A program made the position numbers and the translations under genes. A stretch of 22,841 bases of DNA from Thermosulfurimonas dismutans (GTDB lineage Bacteria; Desulfobacterota; Thermodesulfobacteria; Thermodesulfobacteriales; Thermodesulfobacteriaceae). Location: NCBI RefSeq assembly GCF_001652585.1, contig NZ_LWLG01000022.1, forward strand, positions 1 through 22,841, given 5' to 3'. Shown here piece after piece: positions 9,334 to 16,533 of this stretch. Numbering within the stretch: position 1 is the first letter of the stretch; each line of letters starts with the position of its first letter. A model generated the notes under the pieces. That model did no database searches and was not told the origin of the DNA. It saw only the letters and a list, made by a program, of their open reading frames with translations.

Positions 9334-10349
9334 GGATTCTGGTTACGGGGGGGGCGGGTTTCATAGGAAGCGACCTGGTAAGGAGCCTTACGAGGGACGG
9401 TTGCGGGATTTCCGTGGTGGACAAGCTTAATTACGCCGGGGATCTAAGGCGTCTTGAGGAGGCGAGGGATAGGATCAATTTTTATCAATTGGACATCACC
9501 GATGAAAAAGGCCTCCGGGAGGTCTTCGAGAAAGAAAAACCGGAGGTAGTAGTCCACTATGCAGCCGAGACCCATGTGGACCGAAGCATACTCGATCCGG
9601 ACGTTTTCGTGAAGGCCAACGTTATCGGAACTCTGAATCTGCTCAAACTTTCCTTGAAACACGGAGTCAGGAAGTTCGTGCATATTTCGACAGATGAGGT
9701 TTACGGAGAACTTCCCTTGGATAGCGAATCGAAGTTTACGGAGGATTCCCCTCTCCAACCCAATTCTCCTTATTCGGCAAGCAAGACCTCGGCGGAAATG
9801 CTGGTGAGGTCTTTCGTGGAAACGTACGATCTTCCGGCGGTAATCGTAAGGGCTTCTAATGCCTATGGGCCGTGGCAGTATCCCGAAAAGCTGATTCCAC
9901 TTTCCATCGCCAGACTTCTTTCAGACGAAAAGATCTCCGTTTACGGAACGGGACAGAACGTCCGCACGTGGCTTTTCGTGGAAGATTTCACGGAAGCGGT
10001 CCTGAAAATCATCGAGAAAGGAGAAAAGGGCGAAATCTATAATGTTGGAAGTGCCGAGGAGAAAAAAAACATCGAGGTGGTAAGAAAGCTTCTGGAACTG
10101 CTGGACAAGTCCGAGGACTTTATAGAGTTTGTGCCCGACAGACCCGGGCACGATCTTCGATACGCAGTGGACACCACCAAAATAGAGAGAGAGCTTGGCT
10201 GGCGGGCGAAGGTAGATTTCGAGGAGGGGATGAGAAGAACCGTGGAGTGGTATCTGGATAATCGAGACTGGCTTTTTGAGAAAAAGAAAGAGGTCGAGAC
10301 CTTCGTCAATCAACTAAGGAAGGAGTTCGAAAGATGGGCCTCAAGATAG
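9330..10349 (+). CDS. rfbB: dTDP-glucose 4,6-dehydratase
   Basis: GGAGFIGS Rossmann motif, STDEVYG, catalytic YSASK, RPGHDLRYA. ATGA overlap with rfbC. Confidence 0.95.
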   Translation: MRILVTGGAGFIGSDLVRSLTRDGCGISVVDKLNYAGDLRRLEEARDRINFYQLDITDEKGLREVFEKEKPEVVVHYAAETHVDRSILDPDVFVKANVIGTLNLLKLSLKHGVRKFVHISTDEVYGELPLDSESKFTEDSPLQPNSPYSASKTSAEMLVRSFVETYDLPAVIVRASNAYGPWQYPEKLIPLSIARLLSDEKISVYGTGQNVRTWLFVEDFTEAVLKIIEKGEKGEIYNVGSAEEKKNIEVVRKLLELLDKSEDFIEFVPDRPGHDLRYAVDTTKIERELGWRAKVDFEEGMRRTVEWYLDNRDWLFEKKKEVETFVNQLRKEFERWASR

Positions 10350-11197
10350 CCCTTTTCGGGGCCGGCGGCCAGCTTGGAAGCGATCTGGTCAAAATCTGTC
10401 CTTCGGAAGTGGAGCTCGTGCCCTTAACCCGCAAAGAAGTAGATGTCACGGACAGGGGGCAAGTATTGGAGGTCCTTCGGAATATCAAGCCGGATCTGGT
10501 ATTGAACGCCACCGCCTACGTCAAGGTGGACCAAGCGGAAGATGAGGTCGAGGCCGCCTTTGCGGTCAATGCCGCGGGGGTCAGAAATCTGGTGGAGGGA
10601 TGTCTTGATACGGGTAGCGTGCTTTTGCACGTAAGCACAGACTATGTGTTTGACGGCGGAAAACTCGATGCCCGAGATCCCTATACGGAGGAGGATCCTG
10701 AGAACCCCATAAACATTTACGGTTTGTCCAAATATGCCGGCGAGGTCATAGTTCGAAACTATCTCGAGAGGTTTTACATCGTTCGGGTGGCTAGTCTCTA
10801 CGGGAAGGCCGGGGCCAGCGGAAAAGGTGGAAACTTCGTTTATACCATTCTGCGCAAAGCCCGTGCGGGCGAACCCCTAAGGGTGGTAGACGATATCTTT
10901 ATGTCTCCCACTTACACCCTGGATGCGGCGCACAAAATATGGGAGATAGTCCTTGAAGAACGTCCCTATGGTCTGTATCACCTTACCAACTCAGGGTACT
11001 GCAGCTGGTACGAATTTACGAAAAAAATTCTTGAATACGCAAGACTGGACACAGACCTCAAGCCCATAAAACACACGGAGTTCAAGACCAAAGCCCGGAG
11101 GCCGCTCTGGAGCCCCTTGCGAAGCGTAAAAGGAATAACTATGCGGAGCTGGCAGGAAGCTCTCGAGGCCTTCATTTCTGAAGTGACATGCCGGTAG
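10334..11197 (+). CDS. rfbD: dTDP-4-dehydrorhamnose reductase
   Basis: GAGGQLGS, STDYVFDG, YGLSKYAGE (Y-x-x-x-K). 287 aa. Overlaps rfbB by 16 nt. Confidence 0.9.
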   Translation: MGLKIALFGAGGQLGSDLVKICPSEVELVPLTRKEVDVTDRGQVLEVLRNIKPDLVLNATAYVKVDQAEDEVEAAFAVNAAGVRNLVEGCLDTGSVLLHVSTDYVFDGGKLDARDPYTEEDPENPINIYGLSKYAGEVIVRNYLERFYIVRVASLYGKAGASGKGGNFVYTILRKARAGEPLRVVDDIFMSPTYTLDAAHKIWEIVLEERPYGLYHLTNSGYCSWYEFTKKILEYARLDTDLKPIKHTEFKTKARRPLWSPLRSVKGITMRSWQEALEAFISEVTCR

Positions 11198-12144
11198 GTG
11201 TCTTCTCCAGGCAGATCCTGAAAAACGTCCCCCACCTGGAAGTGTTCCTTGAGGATTCGGTGGTGTATAAACCCAAGGGGCCCGAGGGACTTTCGGCCGT
11301 GGCCGGATGGGGATACAAGAGCACGGCCCGAAAGGCCATGCAGAAGGCCAGGGAGTGGAGGCTCCCGTACTTGGCCCTGGAAGACGGTTTTCTCAGGTCC
11401 GTGGGTCTTGGCCACGAGGCTCCTCCCCTTTCTTTGATCGTGGATCCAGTGGGCATTTATTACGATGCCACAAGGCCGTCCCTTCTCGAAAACCTATTGA
11501 ATTTTGGAGGATGGGAAACTCCGGAACTCATGGATCAGGCTGAAAGGGCCCTCAAACTGATAAGGGACCACAAGATAAGTAAGTACAACCGGGGAAAACC
11601 CGTGCCTCGAGGATATTTCACCCCTTACCGAGAAAGGGTCCTCTTGATAGATCAGACCTATGGAGACATGTCCGTAAGGCTCGGGCTGGCCGATGAAGAT
11701 ACCTTTCGGGAGATGTATTTCGCAGCTCTGGAGGAGAATCCGGGGGCCGAGATCTACGTAAAGGTTCATCCGGAGGTCATAGTCGGTAGAAAAAAGGGCT
11801 ATCTCGCGCGGATGAAACTGCACAGGAGCGTCAAAGTCATCCGGGAGGAGTTCAATCCCGTGGATTTGCTTTCTCACTTCGATAGGATATACACCGTATC
11901 CTCTCAAATGGGGTTCGAGGGGCTGATGCTGGGCAAGGAGGTAATCTGTTTCGGCATGCCCTTCTATGCGGGCTGGGGGCTTACGCGGGACGGGAAGAGA
12001 TGCGAAAGGCGGAAGAGGCGGAGGACGCTTTTGGAACTCTTTGCGGCTGCCTACCTTCTTTATCCCCGCTACATAAACCCCGCCACCGGCAAGCCGGGAA
12101 ATATTTTTGATGTGATAAACCATTTGATTGGAGGGAAAGGATAG
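11188..12144 (+). CDS. kpsC: Capsule biosynthesis protein, single-domain KpsC-like (putative beta-Kdo transferase family)
   Basis: AGWGYKSTARKA ... LPYLALEDGFLRSVGLG ... PPLSLIVDPVGIYYDATRPS, LLIDQTYGDMSV, VKVHPE, YTVSSQMGFEGLMLGK, FYAGWGLT. These are colinear, as I recall it, with the N-terminal domain of KpsC. At 318 aa it is one domain, not the two-domain ~670-aa form. Overlaps rfbD by 10 nt. Confidence 0.8.
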   Translation: MPVGVFSRQILKNVPHLEVFLEDSVVYKPKGPEGLSAVAGWGYKSTARKAMQKAREWRLPYLALEDGFLRSVGLGHEAPPLSLIVDPVGIYYDATRPSLLENLLNFGGWETPELMDQAERALKLIRDHKISKYNRGKPVPRGYFTPYRERVLLIDQTYGDMSVRLGLADEDTFREMYFAALEENPGAEIYVKVHPEVIVGRKKGYLARMKLHRSVKVIREEFNPVDLLSHFDRIYTVSSQMGFEGLMLGKEVICFGMPFYAGWGLTRDGKRCERRKRRRTLLELFAAAYLLYPRYINPATGKPGNIFDVINHLIGGKG

Positions 12145-14006
12145 TGATCAAAAGTTTTTTCAAAATTCTTCTTTTCAGGTTTTTGTTTCTGGATACCGTG
12201 GCCTTCTATGGGAAGGACCTGAAGAAGCTCGTATCCGTTTCACGGGAGGACGGAGGAGCGACTCTGGTCTTCGAAAGACTGTTGAGCAGGTGCTTCTCTC
12301 GAGGGGACTTCCTGCTCAAGATAACCCTTCCTCCTCATACCGGGATCAGGTTGCTCAAGCTTTCTATAGATTACGGCTCTGGATCTTTCGAAGAGGTGCA
12401 TCAAATACACTTGAACCTCTTCGGGCGTTTCGACACCGTTGTCCATTTTGAGCGCCCTCCCGCAGGTATAAAGATCTGTCCGGTTGAGACCTCGGGAAAA
12501 GATATCTCCATAGAAAGGCTCGTCATAAAGCGCCTAAAAGGCGGCGAAGTCCAGTCTGCAAAGGAGACAATAAGCTCCGCAGTTTCGGCTTTCCCCGCGG
12601 AGGAAGGTTCCGCTGCGGTTTTCGATCCCCAGAAGTCCAAGGCTGTCCATCTTCCTGACAGATTTCATTTTGCCGTGGACAAGTGTCTGTATGTTCCGGA
12701 TGTCGGGTTCATGGTTGTGGGTTGGTTTTTCAGTCCTTCTTCTCGGATGAGTATAACGGCTCTTCGTTTTTCCGTTGACGGCCGGGAGATCTCTTCGGAT
12801 TTGAATAAGATGGTTAGATTCAAGCGCAAAGACGTGTATGAGAATTACAAAGACATTTACAGAAATATGGAAATAGATACTGGTTATTTCATGCTCATTC
12901 CTTTCAAAGATAAAATTGACGGTTTCAATCGGTTAAACCTGGAAATCTTTTTGGGAGAGGAAAGTCATTCTTTAGAGATGAGCAAGCAGGAAGTCGAAAA
13001 AATTCCTTTGGACATGAGGATAGTCCTAAACAAAACTTACGAACTCTGCGGGCATGCTGTCTCCAGGATCAAGCTTCCTCATCTGTTTGAGGTCATGCAT
13101 GAAGTTTTTTCTTCTAAAAATACGGGTTTTTCTGAAAATATTGCTCCGGAATACAGAAATTTTGGTATGGTGTCTGATGATCCAGAAATCAGTCTGATAA
13201 TCCCTCTCTATGGCAGATTTGATTTTTTGAAACATCAGCTCGCACATTTTTGTCGGGATCGAATTTTTAAAGATAGAAGGATAGAGATTATCTATGTTAT
13301 AGATGATCCCCAGATAATAGAAGATACTTTGAACTCTTGTGAATGGATTTACAGATTGTTTGCATTACCTTTCAGATTGGTCTGGTATAATCGCAATCTT
13401 GGATTTGCCGGTGCCAACAATGTAGGGGTCAAAATTGCAAAGGGCAAGTATGTGGTTCTTATGAATTCAGACGTTATTCCTAAAGAAAGTGGATGGATCG
13501 AAAAATTACACGCAAAGTTTAGTGATTTACCGGATGCCGGGGTTGTTGCTCCTACTCTTCTTTATTTTGACGGAACCATCCAGCATGTTGGAATGTATTC
13601 TTCCTTTCGTCCGGAGTATCCCGGCCTTCTGTTCAATCTTCACTATTATAAGGGTATGTTCCTGGATTTGAGTGATTTTCCCGAACACATAGAGGTTCCT
13701 CTTCTCACGGGGGCTTTGATGTTTCTTCGCAAAGACGATTATCTCAAGGTTGGAGGATTCGACGAAAGTTTCGTATTTGGTGATTTTGAGGATAGTGATT
13801 TTTGTCTGAAGATGAAGAAGCTGGGGTATAAATTTTATATTTTACCTCACGTTCAATTGTATCATCTGGAGAGACAGTCCCAGAATCTCATAACACAGTC
13901 AATGAATTATAGACACTTTGTTACTTTATACAATTCTTATATATATACTAAAAGGGTTCTTGAAAATGGATTGCTAGAAGAAATCAATAGAGAGGTTCTT
14001 GTATGA
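12144..14006 (+). CDS. Family-2 glycosyltransferase with a long non-catalytic N-terminal region
   Basis: GTG start overlaps the kpsC-like stop (TAGTG) and follows GGAGGGAAAGG. GT2 domain from ~aa 348: ISLIIPLYGRFDFLKHQL ... IEIIYVIDDP ... NLGFAGANNVG ... LMNSDVIP ... FGDFEDSDFCLKMKKLGYKFYILPHVQLYHLE. The N-terminal ~340 aa carries two accessory modules (see findings). Confidence 0.85.
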   Translation: MIKSFFKILLFRFLFLDTVAFYGKDLKKLVSVSREDGGATLVFERLLSRCFSRGDFLLKITLPPHTGIRLLKLSIDYGSGSFEEVHQIHLNLFGRFDTVVHFERPPAGIKICPVETSGKDISIERLVIKRLKGGEVQSAKETISSAVSAFPAEEGSAAVFDPQKSKAVHLPDRFHFAVDKCLYVPDVGFMVVGWFFSPSSRMSITALRFSVDGREISSDLNKMVRFKRKDVYENYKDIYRNMEIDTGYFMLIPFKDKIDGFNRLNLEIFLGEESHSLEMSKQEVEKIPLDMRIVLNKTYELCGHAVSRIKLPHLFEVMHEVFSSKNTGFSENIAPEYRNFGMVSDDPEISLIIPLYGRFDFLKHQLAHFCRDRIFKDRRIEIIYVIDDPQIIEDTLNSCEWIYRLFALPFRLVWYNRNLGFAGANNVGVKIAKGKYVVLMNSDVIPKESGWIEKLHAKFSDLPDAGVVAPTLLYFDGTIQHVGMYSSFRPEYPGLLFNLHYYKGMFLDLSDFPEHIEVPLLTGALMFLRKDDYLKVGGFDESFVFGDFEDSDFCLKMKKLGYKFYILPHVQLYHLERQSQNLITQSMNYRHFVTLYNSYIYTKRVLENGLLEEINREVLV

Positions 14007-15211
14007 AATTTTTCATCATCTCTCATGGTCATCCGGAAATTACCAAAGGTGGAGGAGAGCTTGCCGCATATTCTCATTATAAAGGACTGCTTAAGGAGGG
14101 GCATGAAGCCTATTTTCTGGCCAGAGCTCCTGAAAAATACCTGCATCTTGGCACCCAGATAATAGCTTTCAGACCTCGGGAATATCTTTTCCCTGCGGCC
14201 CCGGACCTCTTCAATCTCTTTTCTCACATAGATCTGGGGGAAGACTCTCCTCTGATCACTCTCCTGAAAGAGCTGAAACCGGACGTCGTTCATTTTCATC
14301 ATTATTTTTACATAGGAGTTGATGCCATATATGCTATTAAAAGGTCTTTTCCTGATACCAAGATTGTTATGACTTTGCATGAATACATAGCTATCTGTCT
14401 TCATAACGGACAAATGATCAAACCTGATTTTTCTCTATGTTATAAATACAGCCCTCGCGACTGCAATGAGTGCTTCCCTCAATTTTCTCCTGAAAATATA
14501 TTTTTAAGAGAAATGTATATCAAAAATATGTTTGGTTATGTTGATCTTTTTATTTCTCCAAGCCATTTTTTGAAAAGTAGGTATGTCGAATGGGGCATTC
14601 CTCAGGAAAAGATTGTTGTTTTAGAGAACGGCCTTCCTGAAGGGGAAAGGGTTCCACCAAGACCTGCGAAAGGGGTAAGGGGGAGGTTCGCATATTTCGG
14701 CCAGATCAATCCTTACAAGGGAGTTGATTTTTTGATAGAGACTTTTTCGCTTCTTCCCAGATCTATAAAACAGAAAGTTAAGCTGGAGATATACGGAACG
14801 TGGCATCCGGATCAGAGCTTCAAAGAGAGGGTTGAAAAATTGATTAAAAGGAATAGGGATGTGGTAAGATATCATGGCCCTTATGAGAACTCCGAGCTCG
14901 GTAGCCTAATGTATAATATAGATTGGGTGATAATGGGTTCTATATGGTGGGAAAATTCTCCTCTGGTGATCCAGGAAGCATTCAAATATGGGAGGCCCGT
15001 TATCTGTCCGGACATAGGAGGTATGGTGGAGAAGGTAAAGCATGGCTACGGCGGATTGAACTACAGGGCAAGGGACCACGTATCTCTGACCGATTTGATT
15101 GCGGATATAGTAGAGGGAAAATACGACTATGAAGATATCCTGGCCAAAATGCCTTCCTACAAGCCACTGAAGCAGTTTGTGAGAGAGTATCTTGATCTGG
15201 TTGCTACTTAA
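14003..15211 (+). CDS. GT-B fold glycosyltransferase (family 1/GT4-like)
   Basis: ATGA overlap with the upstream GT2. The N-terminus MKFFIISHGHPEITKGGGE is typical of GT4. C-terminal E-x7-E-like region: ENSPLVIQEAFKYGRPVICPDIGGMVE. Confidence 0.85.
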   Translation: MKFFIISHGHPEITKGGGELAAYSHYKGLLKEGHEAYFLARAPEKYLHLGTQIIAFRPREYLFPAAPDLFNLFSHIDLGEDSPLITLLKELKPDVVHFHHYFYIGVDAIYAIKRSFPDTKIVMTLHEYIAICLHNGQMIKPDFSLCYKYSPRDCNECFPQFSPENIFLREMYIKNMFGYVDLFISPSHFLKSRYVEWGIPQEKIVVLENGLPEGERVPPRPAKGVRGRFAYFGQINPYKGVDFLIETFSLLPRSIKQKVKLEIYGTWHPDQSFKERVEKLIKRNRDVVRYHGPYENSELGSLMYNIDWVIMGSIWWENSPLVIQEAFKYGRPVICPDIGGMVEKVKHGYGGLNYRARDHVSLTDLIADIVEGKYDYEDILAKMPSYKPLKQFVREYLDLVAT

Positions 15212-15226
15212 AGGGGACTTCGAATC

Positions 15227-16456
15227 ATGGAGAACAAGGGCAAGCAGAGTTCGAAACTCGCGCCAAAAGATAGACCGGTTTTTCTGATAACCACAGGCAG
15301 AACAGGAAGCACTTTTCTTCAGAGATTGCTCAATTGCCATAAAAACCTTGTGATATGGGGAGAACATTTTGGCTTTCTGAACAGTCTTGCCGCGGCGTAT
15401 GTAGCCATGAAGAGTCCGAACCAGAACCTGTATCCCAGAACTCCGGAAGAAAATAGAGGGCCAGACATTCTTCTTCCCACCCTCAGATCGCCTGACATTG
15501 CAATAGAGTGGGCCAATCCTTGGTCGTTCCGGGAATACAGAAATTTTGTAAAAGAATTCATAGAGAAATATTTTGCTTCTAGGCTCGATTCTCCTCACAA
15601 GAGATGGGGATTTAAGGAGATAAGATATAACAACCTCCAAGTTTTGAATATGCTCAAAGACATTTATCCCGGAGGCAGATTTATATTTTTGAAGAGAAAG
15701 CCGGAGGAAGTTATTAGAAGCAAAATTTTTGCCTTTATAAAAGAAGATAGATGGGCAAAAATGTCAGACAGAATGAAGAGACAGCATATCCGGAAGTTAT
15801 ATGATGAACTCAAATCTCACTACTCTGTTTATGATGCTTTCGTAAAATCCAATCATAATATCTCTACGATAGTTATATATGAGGAACTTGTAGCATATCC
15901 CAGAAAGATTATTAATCATCTCTTGCGTTTGCTTGGTTTATCTGGTGATACCTACGACTGGCAACTTGCTGAAAAGATTATAAAAAACGTTTTGTGCAAG
16001 ACCAAAAGAGATCACGAGGTTTATAAACTCATAAATGAAGTCTTGAATAACCACAAAAAGGTAGAAATAAAGGGACATCTTGATGTGGTAGATGAAACAC
16101 GTTGTAGTGGCTGGGCTTTTGATAAATTCAATAAAGACTACCCCGTGAGTGTGGTTGTTTCCGTAAACGGAAAGGTGGTGGGCAAAACTCTGGCTCATGC
16201 TTACCGGGAAGATCTCAAGAAAAAAAACATTCATCCCACCGGTCATTGCGGTTTTGTCTTGATGTGGAAAAATCTCGGATTAGAGCTGAAGGCTGGAGAC
16301 AGGGTGGAGGTATTTGTGGAGGGGGCTAATGTTCCCCTACCCGGTTCTCCGATGGTGTATGAGCCACGAGCTGTGAAGGAGGACGACGTTTCTGTGGTAA
16401 AAAGAGAGGTAGATATAAAAACCGATTTCTCATATGCTAACATAAATTTGTCTTAA
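15227..16456 (+). CDS. PAPS-dependent sulfotransferase-family protein with a C-terminal accessory module
   Basis: 5'-phosphosulfate-binding-loop-like TTGRTGSTFLQRLL (aa 22-35). 3'-phosphate-binding-like FIFLKRKPEEVIRS (aa 152-165). The C-terminal ~90 aa (nt 16073-16342) is homologous to the N-terminal repeats of the next gene. Confidence 0.8.
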   Translation: MENKGKQSSKLAPKDRPVFLITTGRTGSTFLQRLLNCHKNLVIWGEHFGFLNSLAAAYVAMKSPNQNLYPRTPEENRGPDILLPTLRSPDIAIEWANPWSFREYRNFVKEFIEKYFASRLDSPHKRWGFKEIRYNNLQVLNMLKDIYPGGRFIFLKRKPEEVIRSKIFAFIKEDRWAKMSDRMKRQHIRKLYDELKSHYSVYDAFVKSNHNISTIVIYEELVAYPRKIINHLLRLLGLSGDTYDWQLAEKIIKNVLCKTKRDHEVYKLINEVLNNHKKVEIKGHLDVVDETRCSGWAFDKFNKDYPVSVVVSVNGKVVGKTLAHAYREDLKKKNIHPTGHCGFVLMWKNLGLELKAGDRVEVFVEGANVPLPGSPMVYEPRAVKEDDVSVVKREVDIKTDFSYANINLS

Positions 16457-16533
16457 GTATGAGAAGCATTTGTAAAATTGCCAGAGATAATTAAAAGAAA
16501 CAACGAAAAAATTTTAAGAAGGGGGGCGAATTA

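Noticed and set aside
10978-12123. 145-aa and 209-aa - strand ORFs (10978-11415, 11494-12123), plus other short track ORFs nested in the rfb and kpsC genes
   Set aside because: They are antisense or out of frame within strongly supported conserved genes. Their proline/arginine/glycine-rich translations are typical of off-frame reading of GC-rich coding DNA.
14906-15640. 244-aa ORF on the - strand
   Set aside because: It is antisense to the 3' end of the GT4 gene and the 5' end of the sulfotransferase gene, both well supported. It has no motifs and spans the + strand gene junction, so it is a shadow ORF.
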